A stretch of DNA of 64,000 bases from Candidatus Aldehydirespirator sp. (lineage in GTDB: Bacteria > Actinomycetota > Acidimicrobiia > Acidimicrobiales > Aldehydirespiratoraceae), in contig OZ241903.1 in the NCBI GenBank assembly GCA_965203635.1, forward strand, positions 3,047,547-3,111,546, written 5' to 3'. Position 1 is the first letter of the stretch. Each line of letters begins with the position of its first letter. Below, one piece after another: positions 36,901 to 51,900 of this stretch. The notes under the pieces were generated by a model, which saw nothing but the letters and a program-made list of their open reading frames with translations, was not told where the DNA came from and ran no database searches. Made by a program: the position numbers and the translations under genes.

Positions 36901-39900
36901 GGTCACGATCGACGCGGTCAGGCTGGCGCTCTCGGGGTCGGTGTCGTTGGAGGTCACCGCGATCTCGGTCGTGGCGGAGTCCTCGTTGATGGTCACCGAG
37001 TCATCGGTTGCGGTGGGGGCCTCGTTCACGTCGGTCACGTTGATCGTCACCGAGATCTCGTCGTCGATGGCGGTGTCGGCGTTGCCGGATGCGTTCTTGC
37101 TGTCGGTGACCTTCACCGTCACCGAATAGCTCGACTTGGTCTCGCGGTTCAAAGACGTCTTGGTCTTGATCTGGCCCGTGGTCCCCACGATCGTGAACGA
37201 CGCCGCGTCGGTGCCGGTCATCGTGTAGGTGAGGGTGTCGCTGCTGTCGGCGTCGGTGGCGGCCACCGGGGCGCCGACGTTGGTGACCGCCGCGGCGTTC
37301 TCAGCCACGCTGCGCGTCGTGGAGTCTCCGTCGTCGAAGGTGGGCTTGCTGTTGGCGTCGCTGATGGTGATCGTCACCGTGATGGTGTCGTCTGTGGTGG
37401 TGTCGGCGGTCCCCGAGGAGTTCTTGCTGTCCCTGACGGTGACGGTCACGGTGTAGGACTGCTGGGTCGACACCGGCAGATTCGAGGTCCCGACGCTGAT
37501 CTGGCCGCTGTTGCTCACCACGAACTTCGAGCCGTCGGTCCCGCCGATCGTGAACGTCAACGCCTCCGTCTCATCTGAGGGATGGGTCACCCCCAGCGGC
37601 GAGCCCACGTTGCTGTTCGCGGTGGAGCCCGCCAGCGTGACGCTGCGCTTCGCGGTGTCGCCGTCACTGAACACCGGATCGTCGTTCACCGCGGTGATCG
37701 TGACCGTCAAGGTGCCGCTGGCGGTGTCGGTCCCGTCAGAGACCGTGTACACCACCGTGTCTTCGCCGTTGGCGTTGGCGTTGGGGGTGTACTCGATCAC
37801 CTTGTTGCCGGTCTTGATGGCGGCGGTGCCCTTGGTCGGCGCGGTCGTGATCGCTGTGACCGTCAGCGAGTCACCCTCCACGTCGGTGTCGTTGGCCACC
37901 ACGTTGATCTCGGTCTTGGCGGAGTCCTCGACGATGGTCACCGCGTCGTCCACCGCCACCGGCGCATCGTTCACCGCGTTGATCGTGATCGACACCGTCG
38001 CCGTGCCGCTGTCGTGGGTGCCGTCGTTCACCTTGTAGGTGAAACTGTCCGAGCCGTTGACGTTGGCGTTCGGGGTGTACTCGATCACCGTGCTGCTGCC
38101 GGACTTGAGCGCCGCGGTGCCCTTGGTCGGGTTGGTCACGATCGACGCGGTCAGGGTGCCGCCCTCGGGGTCGGTGTCGTTGGAGGTGACGTTGATCTCG
38201 GTCTTGCCGGCGTCCTCGTTGATGGTCACCGAGTCGTTGACCGCGGTGGGGGCCTCGTTCACGTCGGTGACGTTGATCGTGACTGAGATCTCGTCGTCGA
38301 TGGTGGTGTCCGCGTTGCCGGATGCGTTCTTGCTGTCGGTGACCTTCACCGTCACCGAATAGCTGGCTTTGGTCTCGCGGTCCAGAGACGTCTTGGTCTT
38401 GATCTGGCCCGTGGTCCCCACGATCGTGAAGCTCGCCGCGTCGGTGCCGGTCATCGTGTAGGTCAACGTGTCGCTGCTGTCGGCGTCGGTGGCGGCCACC
38501 GGGGCGCCGACGTTGGTGACCGCCGCGGAGTTCTCGGCCACCTCCCGCGTCGCGGAGGTTCCGTCGTCGAAGGTGGGCTTGCTGTTGGCGTCGCTGATGG
38601 TGATCGTCACCGTGATGGTGTCGTCTGTGGTGGTGTCGGCGGTCCCCGAGGAGTTCTTGCTGTCCCTGACGGTGACGGTCACGGTGTAGGACTGCTGGGT
38701 CGACACCGGCAGATTCGAGGTCCCGACGCTGATCTGGCCGCTGTTGCTCACCACGAACTTCGAGCCGTCGGTCCCGCCGATCGTGAACGTCAACGCCTCC
38801 GTCTCATCTGAGGGATGGGTCACCCCCAGCGGCGAGCCCACGTTGCTGTTCGCGGTGGAGCCCGCCAGCGTGACGCTGCGCTTCGCGGTGTCGCCGTCAC
38901 TGAACACCGGATCGTCGTTCACCGCGGTGATCGTGACCGTCAAGGTGCCGCTGGCGGTGTCGGTCCCGTCAGAGACCGTGTACACCACCGTGTCTTCGCC
39001 GTTGGCGTTGGCGTTGGGGGTGTACTCGATCACCTTGCTGTCGGTCGCCTTGACCGTGGCGGTGCCCTTGGTCGGCGCGGTCGTGATCGCGGTGACCGTC
39101 AGCGAGTCACCCTCCACGTCGGTGTCGTTGGCCACCACGTTGATCTCGGTCTTGGCCGAGTCCTCGACGATCGTCTTGGCGTCGTCCACCGCCACCGGCG
39201 CATCGTTCACCGCGTTGATGGTGATCGACACCGTCGCCGTGCCGCTGTCGTGGGTGCCGTCAGACACCTTGTAGGTGAAGCTGTCCGAGCCGTTGGCGTT
39301 GGCGTTCGGGGTGTACTCGATCACCGTGCTGCTGCCGGACTTGAGCGCCGCGGTGCCCTTGGTCGGGTTGGTCACGATCGACGCGGTCAGGGTGCCGCCC
39401 TCGGGGTCGGTGTCGTTGGAGGTGACGTTGATCTCGGTCTTGCCGGCGTCCTCGTTGATGGTCACCGAGTCGTTGACCGCGGTGGGGGCCTCGTTCACGT
39501 CGGTGACGTTGATCGTGACTGAGATCTCGTCGTCGATGGTGGTGTCCGCGTTGCCGGATGCGTTCTTGCTGTCGGTGACCTTCACCGTCACCGAATAGCT
39601 GGCTTTGGTCTCACGGTCCAGAGACGTCTTGGTCTTGATCTGGCCCGTCGTCCCCACAATCGTGAACGACGCCGCGTCGGTGCCGGTCATCGTGTAGGTC
39701 AACGTGTCGCTGCTGTCGGCGTCGGTGGCGGCCACCGGGGCGCCGACGTTGACGACCGCCGCGGAGTTCTCGGCCACCTCCCGCGTCGCGGAGGTTCCGT
39801 CGTCGAAGGTGGGCTTGCTGTTGGCGTCGCTGATGGTGATCGTCACCGTGATGGTGTCGTCTGTGGTGGTGTCGGCGGTCCCCGAGGAGTTCTTGCTGTC

Positions 39901-42900
39901 CCTGACGGTGACGGTCACGGTGTAGGACTGCTGGGTCGACACCGGCAGATTCGAGGTCCCGACGCTGATCTGGCCGGTGGAGCTCACCACGAACTTCGAG
40001 CCGTCGGTCCCGCCGATCGCGAACGTCAACGCCTCCGTCTCATCTGAGGGATGGGTCACCCCCAGCGGCGAGCCCACGTTGCTGTTCGCGGTGGAGCCCG
40101 CCAGCGTGACGCTGCGCTTCGCGGTGTCGCCGTCACTGAACACCGGATCGTCGTTCACCGCGGTGATCGTGACCGTCAAGGTGCCGCTGGCGGTGCCCCC
40201 CGAACCGTCAGACACCGTGTACACGATCGTGTCTTCGCCGTTGGCGTTGGCGTTGGGGGTGTACTCGATCACCTTGCTGTCGGTCGCCTTGACCGTGGCG
40301 GTGCCCTTGGTCGGCGCGGTCGTGATCGCCGACACCGACAAAGACGTGCTGTCGATGTCGGTGTCGTTGGCGATCACATTGATCTCGACTTTGGCGGAGT
40401 CCTCGATGATCGTCTTGGCGTCGTCGACCGCGACCGGGTCGTCGTTGACGGCATTAATGGTGATCGACACCGTCGCCGTGCCGCTGTCGTGGGTGCCGTC
40501 GTTCACCTTGTAGGTGAAACTGTCAGACCCGTTGACGTTCGCGTTGGGGGTGTACTCGATCACCGTCGCGTCGCCCGTCTTGACCGCCGCGGTGCCCTTG
40601 GTCGGGTTGGTCACGATCGACGCGGTCAGGGTGCCGCTCTCGGGGTCGGTGTCGTTGGAGGTCACCGCGATCTCGGTCTTGCCGGAGTCCTCGTCGATGG
40701 TCACCGAATCATCGGTTGCAGTCGGGGCCTCGTTCACGTCGGTGACGTTGATCGTCACCGCGATCTCATCATCGATGGTGGTGTCGGCGTTGCCGGATGC
40801 GTTCTTGCTGTCGGTGACCTTCACCGTCACCGAATAGCTGGCTTTGGACTCGCGGTCCAAAGACGTCCTGGTCTTGATCTGGCCGGTGGTCCCCACGATC
40901 GTGAAGCTCGACTTGTCGGTGCCGTCGAGGGTGTAGGTCAACGTGTCGCTGCTGTCGGCGTCGGTGGCGGCCACCGGGGCGCCGACGTTGACGACCGCCG
41001 CGGAGTTCTCAGCCACCTCCCGCGTGGCGGAGGTTCCGTCGTCGAAAGTGGGCTTGCTGTTGGCGTCGCTGATGGTGATCGTCACCGTGATGGTGTCATC
41101 GGTGGTGGCCTCGGTCTCGTCACCGGTGCTGTCCTTGCCGTCAGACACCGTCACCGTCACTGTGTAGGTCTGCTGGGTCGACACCGGCAGATCAGTGGTC
41201 CCGACGCTGATCTGGCCGCTGTTGCTCACCACGAACTTCGAGCCGTCGGTCCCGCCGATCCCGAACGTCAACGCCTCGGTCTCGTCGGTGGGGTGGTCCA
41301 CCGCCAGCACCGCGCCCACGGCGCTGTTCATCGTGGAGCCCGCCAACGTCACGCTGCGCGTCGTGGAGCGGACCCCGTCGCTAACGGTCCCCTCGCTGAA
41401 GGCAGGGTCGTCGTTCACCGCGGTGATCGTGACCGTCAAGGTGCCGCTGGCGGTGCCCCCCGACCCGTCAGACACCGTGTACACCACCGTGTCCTCGCCG
41501 ACCGCATCGGCGTTGGGGGTGTACTCGATCACCTTGCTGTCGGTCGCCTTGACCGCGGCGGTGCCCTTGGTGGGGGCGGTCGTGATCGCCGACACCGACA
41601 GCGTCGTGCTGTCGATGTCGGTGTCGTTGGTGATCACGTTGATCTCGACTTTGGCGGAGTCCTCGACGATGGTCTTGGCGTCGTCGACCGCGACCGGGTC
41701 GTCGTTGACGGCATTAATGGTGATCGACACCGTCGCCGTGCCGCTGTCGTGGGTGCCGTCGTTCACTTTGTAGGTGAAACTGTCAGAGCCGTTGACGTTG
41801 GCGTTCGGGGTGTACTCGATCACCGTCGCGTCGCCCGACTTGACCGCCGCGGTGCCCTTGGTCGGGTTGGTCACGATCGACGCGGTCAGGGTGCCGCTCT
41901 CGGGGTCGGTGTCGTTGGAGGTCACCGCGATCTCGGTCTTGCCGGAGTCCTCGTTGATGGTCACCGAGTCGTTGACCGCGGTGGGGGCCTCGTTCACGTC
42001 GGTGACGTTGATCGTGACTGAGATCTCATCGTCGATGGTGGTGTCCGCGTTGCCGGATGCGTTCTTGCTGTCGGTGACCTTCACCGTCACCGAATAGCTG
42101 GCTTTGGTCTCGCGGTCCAAAGACGTCCTGGTCTTGATCTGGCCCGTCGTCCCCACAATCGTGAACGACGCCGCGTCGGTGCCCGCCAGCGTGTATGTGA
42201 GCGTGTCTCCGTTGTCGGCATCGGTGGCGGCCACCGGGGCGCCGACGTTGACGACCGCCGCGGAGTTCTCGGCCACCTCCCGCGTCGCGGAGTCGCCGTC
42301 GTCGAAGGTGGGCTTGCTGTTGGCGTCGCTGATCGTGATCGTCACCGTGATGGTGTCATCGGTGGTGGCCTCGGTCTCGTCACCGGAGCTGTCCTTGCCG
42401 TCAGACACCGTCACCGTGACCTCATAGGACTGCTGGGCCAACACCGGCAAGTCGGTGGACCCGACGCTGATCTGGCCGCTGGAGCTCACCACGAACTTCG
42501 AGCCGTCGGTCCCGCCGATCCCGAACGTCAACGCCTCGGTCTCGTCGGTGGGGTGGTCCACCGCCAGCACCGCGCCCACGGCGCTGTTCATCGTGGAGCC
42601 CGCCAACGTCACGCTGCGCGTCGTGGAGCGGACCCCGTCGCTGACGGTCCCCTCGCTGAAGGCAGGGTCGTCGTTGACCGCGGTGATCGTGATCGTCAAG
42701 GTGCCGCTGTCGGTGTCGGTCCCGTCAGAGACCGTGTACACCACCGTGTCTTCGCCGACCGCGTCGGCGTTGGGGGTGTACTCGATCACCTTGCTGTCGG
42801 TCGCCTTGATGGTGGCGGTGCCCTTGGTGGGGGCGGTCGTGATCGCGGAGACCGACAGCGAGTCACCCTCCACGTCGGTGTCGTTGGCGACCACGTTGAT

Positions 42901-45900
42901 CTCGGTCTTGGCCGAGTCCTCGACAATGGTCTTGGCGTCGTCCACCGCCACCGGCGCATCGTTGACGGCGTTGATCGTGATCGACACCGTCGCCGTGCTG
43001 CTGTCGTGGGTGCCGTCGTTCACCTTGTAGGTGAAGCTGTCGGAGCCGTTGGCGTTGGCGTTGGGGGTGTACTCGATCACCGTGCTGCTGCCGGACTTGA
43101 GCGCCGCGGTGCCCTTGGTGGGGTTGGTCACGATCGACGCGGTCAGGCTGCCGTTTTCGGGGTCGGTGTCGTTGGAGGTCACCGCGATCTCGGTCTTGCC
43201 GGAGTCCTCGTTGATGGTCACCGAGTCGTTGACCGCGGTGGGGGCCTCGTTCACGTCGGTGACGTTGATCGTGACTGAGATCTCATCGTCGATGGTGGTG
43301 TCCGCGTTGCCGGCCGCGTTCTTGCTGTCGGTGACCTTCACCGTCACCGAATAGCTGGCCTTGGTCTCGCGGTCCAGAGACGTCTTGGTCTTGATCTGGC
43401 CGCTCGTCCCCACAATCGTGAACGACGCCGCGTCGGTGCCCGCCAGCGTGTAGGTCAGCGTGTCGCGGTCGGCGTCGGACGCGGCCACCGGAGCGCCGAC
43501 GTTGACGACCGCCGCGGAGTTCTCGGCCACCTCCCGTGTTGCCGAGTCGCCGTCATCGAAAGCCGGCGCACGGTTGGTGCCGCTGATCGTGATCGTCACC
43601 GTGATGGTGTCATCGGTGGTGGCCTCGGTCTCGTCACCGGAGCTGTCTTTGCCGTCGGACACCGTCACGGTGACCTCATAGGACTGCTGGGTCGCCACCG
43701 GCAGGTCGGTGGACCCGACGCTGATCTGGCCGCTGGAGCTCACCGTGAACTTCGAGCCGTCGGTCCCGCCGATCGCGAACGTCAGCGTCTCGGTCTCGTC
43801 GGTGGGGTGGTCCACCGCCAGCACCGCGCCCACGGCGCTGTTCATCGTGGAGCCCGCCAGCGTCACGCTGCGCGTCGTGGAGCGGACTCCGTCGCTGACG
43901 GTCCCCTCGCTGAAGGCAGGGTCGTCGTTGACCGCGGTGATCGTGATCGTCAAGGTGCCGCTGTCGGTGTCGGTCCCGTCAGAGACCGTGTACACCACCG
44001 TGTCTTCGCCGACCGCGTCGGCGTTGGGGGTGTACTCGATCACCTTGCTGTCGGTCGTCTTGATGGTGGCGGTGCCCTTGGTGGGGGCGGTCGTGATCGC
44101 CGACACCGACAGCGTCGTGCTGTCGATGTCGGTGTCGTTGGTGATCACGTTGATCTCGGTCTTGGCCGAGTCCTCGACGATGGTCTTGGCGTCGTCCACG
44201 GCAACCGGCGCATCGTTGACGGCGTTGATCGTGATCGACACGGTGGCTGTGCTGCTGTCGTGGGTGCCGTCGTTCACTTTGTAGGTGAAACTGTCCGAGC
44301 CGTTGACGTTGGCGTTCGGGGTGTACTCGATCACCGTCGCATCGCCGGTCTTGACCGCGGCGGTGCCCTTGGTGGGGTTGGTCACGATCGACGCGGTCAG
44401 GGTGCCGCCCTCAGGGTCGGTGTCGTTGGCGGTGACGTTGATCTCGGTCTTGGCGGCGTCCTCGTTGATGGTCACCGAGTCGTTGACCGCGGTCGGGGCC
44501 TCGTTGACATCGGTGACGTTGATCGTGACTGAGATCTCATCGTCGATGGTGGTGTCGGCGTTGCCGGATGCGTTCTTGCTGTCGGTGACCTTCACCGTCA
44601 CCGAATAGCTGGCTTTGGTCTCACGGTCCAAAGACGTCTTGGTCTTGATCTGGCCCGTGGTCCCCACGATCGTGAAGCTCGAGGCGTCGGTGCCGTCGAG
44701 GGTGTAGGTCAACGTGTCGCTGTTGTCGGCGTCGGTGGCGGCCACCGGGCTGCCCACGTTGGTGACCGCCGCGGCGTTCTCAGCCACCTCCCGCGTCGCG
44801 GAGGTTCCGTCGTCGAAGGTGGGCTTGCTGTTGGCGTCGCTGATAGTGATCGTCACCGTGATGGTGTCGTCTGTGGTGGTGTCGGCGGTCCCCGAGGAGT
44901 TCTTGCTGTCGCGCACCGTCACGGTCACGGTGTAGGTCTGCTGGGTCAGCACCGGCAGATCGGTTGACCCGACGCTGATCTGGCCGGTGTTGCTGACCGT
45001 GAACTTCGATCCGTCGGTCCCGCCGATCGCGAACGTCAACGCCTCGGTCTCGTCGGTGGGGTGGTCCACCGCCAGCACCGCGCCCACATCGCTGTTCATC
45101 GTGGAGCCCGCCAACGTCACGCTGCGCGTCGTGGAGCGGACCCCGTCGGCGACGGTGCCCTCGCTGAAGGCAGGGTCGTCGTTGACCGCGGTGATCGTGA
45201 CCGTCAGAGTGCCGCTGGCGGTGTCGGTCCCGTCAGACACCGTGTACACGATGGTGTCTTCGCCGACCGCGTCCGCGTCGGGGGTGTACTCGATCACCTT
45301 GTTGCCGGTCTTGATCGCGGCGGTGCCCTTGGTCGGGCTCGTCGTGATCGCGGTGACCGTCAGCGAGTCACCCTCCACGTCGGTGTCGTTGGTGATCACG
45401 TTGATCTCGGTCTTGGCCGAGTCCTCGACAATGGTCACCGCGTCGTCCACCGCCACCGGCGCATCGTTCACCGCGTTGATCGTGATCGACACCGTCGCCG
45501 TGCCGCTGTCGTGGGTGCCGTCAGACACCTTGTAGGTGAAACTGTCCGAGCCGTTGACGTTCGCATTCGGGGTGTACTCGATCACCGTGCTGCTGCCGGA
45601 CTTGAGCGCCGCGGTGCCCTTGGACGGGTTGGTCACGATCGACGCGGTCAGGGTGCCGCTCTCGGGGTCGGTGTCGTTGGAGGTCACCGCGATCTCGGTC
45701 TTGCCCGAGTCCTCGTCGATCGTCACCGAGTCGTTGACCGCGGTCGGGGCCTCGTTCACGTCGGTCACGTTGATCGTGACTGAGATCTCATCATCGATAG
45801 TGGTGTCCGCGTTGCCGGCCGCGTTCTTGCTGTCGGTGACCTTCACCGTCACCGAATAACTGGCTTTGGACTCGCGGTCCAAAGACGTCCTGGTCTTGAT

Positions 45901-48900
45901 CTGACCCGTCGTACCCACAATCGTGAAGCTCGACTTGTCGGTGCCGTCCAGGGTGTAAGTCAACGTGTCTCCGTTGTCGGCGTCGGTGGCCGCCACCGCC
46001 GCACCCACATTGACGACCGCCGCGGAGTTCTCAGCCACCTCCCGCGTCGCCGACTCTCCGTCATCGAAAGTCGGCTTGCTGTTGGCGTCGCTGATCGTGA
46101 TCGTCACCGTGATGGTGTCATCGATGACGGTGTCGGCGGTCCCCGAGGAGTTCTTGCTGTCCCTGACGGTGACCGTCACGGTGTAGGACTGCTGGGTCAA
46201 CACCGGCAGATCGGTGGACCCGACGCTGATCTGGCCGCTGGAGCTCACCGTGAACTTCGAGCCGTCGGTCCCGCCGATCGCGAACGTCAACGACTCCGTC
46301 TCATCTGAGGGATGGTCCACCGCCAGCACCGCACCCACATCGCTGTTCATCGTGGAGCCCGCCAACGTCACGCTGCGCGTCGTGGAGCGAACCCCGTCGC
46401 TGACGGTGCCCTCACTGAACGCAGGATCGTCGTTCACCGCGGTGATCGTCACCGTCAAAGTGCCGCTGTCGGTGTCGGTCCCATCAGACACCGTGTACAC
46501 CACCGTGTCCTCGCCGACCGCGTCCGCGTTCGGGGTGTACTCGATCACCTTGCTGCCGGTCTTGATCGCGGCGGTGCCCTTCGTCGGGCTCGTCGTGATC
46601 GCCGACACCGACAGGTCGTCGCCCTCCACATCGGTGTCGTTGGTGATCACGTTGACCTCGGTCTTGGCCGAGTCCTCGACGATCGTCACCGCGTCATCCA
46701 CCGCCACCGGCGCATCGTTCACCGCGTTGATCGTGATCGACACCGTCGCCGTGCCGCTGTCGTGGGTGCCGTCGTTCACCTTGTAGGTGAAACTGTCCGA
46801 GCCGTTGACGTTGGCATTCGGGGTGTACTCGATCACCGTGCTGCTGCCGGACTTGAGCGCCGCGGTGCCCTTGGTGGGGTTGGTCACGATCGACGCGGTC
46901 AGGGTGCCGCCCTCAGGGTCGGTGTCGTTGGCGGTGACGTTGATCTCGGTCTTGGCGGCGTCCTCGTTGATGGTCACCGAGTCGTTGACCGCGGTCGGGG
47001 CCTCGTTGACATCGGTCACGTTGATCGTCACTGAGATCTCATCATCGATGGCGGTGCTGGTCCCGCCGGCGCCGTCCTTGCCGTCGGTGACCTTCACCGT
47101 CACCGAATAGCTGTCTTTGGCCTCGTGGTCCAAAGAGGTCCTGGTCTTGATCTGGCCCGTCGTCCCCACAATCGTGAACGACGCCGCGTCGGTGCCCGCC
47201 AGCGTGTAGGCCAACGTGTCGCTGCCGTCGGAGTCCGACGCGGCCACCGGAGCGCCGACGTTGGTGACCGCCGCGGAGTTCTCGGCCACCTCCCGCGTCG
47301 CGGAGTCTCCGTCGTCGAAAGTCGGCTTGCTGTTAGCGTCGCTGATAGTGATCGTCACCGTGATGGTGTCGTCTGTGGTGGTGTCGGCGGTCCCCGAGGA
47401 GTTCTTGCTGTCGCGCACCGTCACGGTCACCGTGTAGGACTGCTGGGTCGCCACCGGCAGATCGGTGGACCCGACGCTGATCTGGCCGCTGGAGCTCACC
47501 GTGAACTTCGAGCCGTCGGTCCCGCCGATCGCGAACGTCAACGCCTCCGTCTCGTCGGTGGGATGGTCCACCGCCAGCACCGCACCCACGGCGCTGTTCA
47601 TCGTGGAGCCCGCCAACGTCACGCTGCGCGTCGTGGAGCGGACCCCGTCGCTGACAGTCCCCTCGCTGAAGGCAGGATCGTCATTCACCGCGGTGATCGT
47701 GACCGTCAAAGTGCCGCTGGCGGTACCGCCCGACCCGTCAGACACCGTGTACACGATCTCGTCCTCGCCGACCGCGTCCGCGTTCGGGGTGTACTCGATC
47801 ACCTTGCTGTCGGTCGCCTTGACCGTGGCGGTGCCCTTGGTCGGCGCGGTCGTGATCGCCGACACCGACAAAGACGTGCTGTCGATGTCGGTGTCGTTGG
47901 CGATGACGTTGACCTCGGTCTTGGCCGAGTCCTCGACGATGGTCACCGCGTCGTCAACCGCCACCGGGTTGTCGTTGACGGCGTTGATGGTGACCGTCAC
48001 GGTGGCTGTGCTGCTGTCGTGGGTGCCGTCGTTCACCTTGTAGGTGAAGCTGTCTTCGCCGTTGGCGTTGGCATTCGGGGTGTACTCGATCACCGTCGCA
48101 TCGCCCGACTTGACCGCCGCGGTGCCCTTGGTCGGGTTCGTCACGATCGACGCGGTCAGGGTGCCGCTCTCGGGGTCGGTGTCGTTGGAGGTCACCGCGA
48201 TCTCCGTCTTGGCGGCGTCCTCGTTGATGGTCACCGAGTCATCGGTTGCGGTCGGGGCCTCGTTCACGTCGGTGACGTTGATCGTCACCGCGATCTCGTC
48301 GTCGATGGCGGTGCTGGCCCCGCCGGCGCCGTCTTTGCTGTCAGTGACCTTCACCGTCACCGAATAGCTCGACTTGGACTCCCGGTCCAACGACGACCTG
48401 GTCTTGATCTGGCCCGTGGTCCCCACAATCGTGAAGCTCGACGCGTCGGTGCCCGCCAGCGTGTAGGTCAACGTGTCGTCGCTGTCGGAGTCCGACGCGG
48501 CGACCGGGGCGCCGACGTTGGTGACCGCGGCGGCGTTCTCGGCCACCTCCCGCGTCGTCGACTCTCCGTCGTCGAAGGTCGGCTTGCTGTTGGCGTCGCT
48601 GATCGTGATCGTCACCGTGATGGTGTCATCGGTGGTGGCCTCGGTCTCGTCTCCGGTGCTGTCCTTGCCGTCAGACACCGTCACCGTCACCTCATAGGAC
48701 TGCTGGGTCGCCACCGGCAGGTCGGTGGACCCGACGCTGATCTGGCCGCTGGAGCTCACCACGAACTTCGATCCGTCGGTCCCGCCGATCCCGAACGTCA
48801 GCGTCTCGGTCTCGTCTGAGGGGTGGTCCACCGCCAGCACCGCTCCCACGGCGCTGTTCATCGTGGAGCCCGCCAGCGTGACGCTGCGCGTCGTGGAGCG

Positions 48901-51900
48901 GACCCCGTCGCTGACGGTGCCCTCGCTGAACGCAGGGTCGTCGTTGACTGCGGTGATCGTGACCGTCAAAGTGCCGCTGGCGGTGTCGGTCCCGTCAGAG
49001 ACCGTGTACACCACCGTGTCCTCGCCGACCGCGTCGGCATTCGGGGTGTACTCGATCACCTTGTCGTCGGTCGCCTTGACCGCGGCGGTGCCCTTGGTCG
49101 GCGCCGTCGTGATCGCGGAGACCGACAGCGAGTCACCCTCCACGTCGGTGTCGTTGGCGATCACGTTGATCTCGGTCTTGGCCGAGTCCTCGACGATCGT
49201 CACCGCGTCGTCGACCGCCACCGGCGCGTCGTTGACGGCGGTGACGGTCACGGTGACGGTGGCCGTGGCGGCGCTCTTGAGAGTGCCGTCGGACACCTTG
49301 TAGGTGAAGGTGTCGGTGCCGGAGAAGTTGGCGTCGGGGGTGTACTCGATCACCCCGCCGTCGCCCGTCTTCACCGCGGCGGTGCCGTTGGCCGGGTCCG
49401 ACACGTCCACCGCGGTCAAGTCGTCGCCCTCGGGGTCGGTGTCGTTGGAGGTCACCGCGATCTCGGTCTTGCCGGAGTCCTCGTCGATCGTCACCGAGTC
49501 GTCGACCGCGGTCGGGGCCTCGTTCACGTCGGTCACGTTGATCGTCACCGCGATCTCGTCGTCGATGGCGGTGTCGGTTTCGCCGGCGGCGTTCTTGCTG
49601 TCGGTGACCTTCACCGTCACCGAGTAGCTGGACTTGGTCTCGCGGTCCAGAGACGTCTTGGTCTTGATCTGGCCGCTGGTCCCCACGATCGTGAACGACG
49701 CCGCGTCGTCGCCCGCCAGCGTGTAGGTCAACGTGTCGCTGCTGTCGGCATCGGTGGCGGCCACCGGGGCGCCCACATCGACGACCGCCGCCGCGTTCTC
49801 GGCCACCTCCCGCGTCGCCGAGTCGCCGTCGTCGAATGTCGGCGCGGAGTTCTCGACGGTCACGGCCACGCTGCCGATGCCCATGCCGACCGGGTACCGG
49901 GGGTCTGCGCTGGCCGTCACCGCGTGGGCGACGGTGGCTGTGCCGACCTGCTTCCCGGTGACGGTCACCTGCTGGGGCACGCTCCAGTCCGTCGGCGTGA
50001 ACGTCAGCGCCCCGCCGACGGTGGCCTTGGCCGTCGCCGAGCTGGTCGGGGCGATCACCACGTTGCCTGAGGGCTCGACCCCCAGGACCACCGTGTAGGT
50101 CGCCGTACCGTCGGCCGCGGCCACGCTCACCTTGTCCTTGCTCACGGTCACCGCGGCGGGGATCGCCAACGCAACCGCGGACTCCATGGTGTGCGGCGCC
50201 GGCAGCGCCACATTGCCGATGCCTCCGACGGTGGCGCCCACCTCCCTTCTGACCCTGATGGCCACCCCTCCGGCGGGGATGCCGCCCGCGGGCGGCGTGT
50301 ATGTGGTCTTGTGGCCGCTGAACGAGCCCAGGGGCGTGTTCGTTGTGGGCAGGCTGATCGTGGCCGCGTTGTCGCCGTCGCAGTGGTCGTCGGTGATCGC
50401 CTCGAGGCCGCCGTCGGGGATGGTGCAGAACTCGCTCTTCAGCGCCCCGATGTTCCATCGCTGGAAGAACTGGTAGGTCACCTTGGGGCCGGCGGTCCAG
50501 TCCGAGCCCGACACGGTGAACTCCTTCGAGCCGTCCCCGACCACGTCGGCCCGGTTGGCCGGCTGCACCGAGACCGACGGCGCGGTCCCGGCGCCGATCA
50601 CCACCGCCGCGTTGCCCTGGACGCCGTTGGCGTCACCCGCCGAGACGGCCAGACCGTAGGGGGGCAGGCCCCCCGCGGGCACCGTGTAGGTCGCCGTGTG
50701 GGTCCATCCATCGTCGGTGACGGTGATGGGGCTGAGGGCGAGGAAGCAGAAGTTCGACGAGTTCGCGAAATTGATCTGCCTCAGGCCGCCCTGGGGCAGC
50801 CGGCACACAATCGGCACCACCAGCCCCACGATCCACTTGGATCCCTGCACCGCGAAGGCCACCGTGTCGCCGGGCGCCAGCGCGGTCAGGTCCACGTCGC
50901 CCGGGTTGGCCTCGACGGTGCCGTCGTTGCGGGTCACCGACGACACCTCCCACTCGATCACCCCCGGCGCGTGGACCACCCGCAGCGTCGCGGACTGCGA
51001 GCCCCCGGCGGAACGGACCCTGATCGCCACGCCGTCGGCGGGGATGCCGCTGTCGGGCACCGTGTAGGTCATGGTCGCCGACAGCGCCCCGTCGCTGCCG
51101 ACGGTGATGTCCACCGCGTTGGCGGTGTCGCAGCCGGTCACCGCGACCGACTCGACCCCCTTGTAGGACGCCGTCTCGCAGAATTCTCCCTTGTAGGCGC
51201 CCGCCGTCCAGCCCGTCCCCGTCAGCATGAACTCGACCGAGGTGCCCTCATACAGGAGCCCCCCGTCCTTGGTCGGGTGCTTCGTGGGGAACTGCCCGAT
51301 CGTGTCGAACTCCCCCACCGACAGCGTCGGCGTCACCGTCGCCGCCACCGAGGCGATGCTCAAGCCGGTCGGGTACTTGGCGTCGCCGCTCGAGGTCACC
51401 GTGTGGGTGATCGTCGACGCGCCCGCCGCGACGCCGGTGACGGTCACCTCCTGGGGCTGGTCCCAGTCCGCCGGCGTGAACGTCTTGGCCTGGCCGGTCA
51501 CCGTGGCGGCCGCCGCGGTGCCGCTGGCCGGCGTGATCACCACATTGGCCGCGGGCTTGGTGTCGAGCACCAGCGTGTAGGTCGTCGTCGAGCCCGCGAA
51601 CACGCTCACAGACGCCGCGCCCACCGTCACGCCCGCAGTGTCGTTGTCGTTGATGGTGACCGTGGCGGTGCCCGACCCCATCGACAGCTCCACCCAGCCC
51701 GGGGAGTTGGTGCCGGTCGGGGTGACCGTCACCGTGAAGGTCTCGGCGCCCTCGGCGATATTGTCGTCCACGGTGGGCACCGTCACCGTTAGGGTGCGGG
51801 TCCCGCCGGTCACCGTCACCGGGGTGGTGATCGTGCCCACGTCGCCCGAGGACGCCTTGCCCGCCGCCGGGGAGGCGTAGCCGGCGGTGACGGTGAACCC

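Noticed and set aside
30160-37578. Very long plus-strand ORFs antisense to the giant gene (e.g. 30160..37578 at 2472 aa, 58762..63627 at 1621 aa, and many periodic 73-240-aa ORFs)
   Set aside because: Their products are low-complexity R/G/V/D/H strings with no motifs. They recur with the same period as the sense-strand cassettes. Such ORFs are expected from stop-codon depletion on the antisense strand of GC-rich repeats rich in GTC/GAC/ACC codons.
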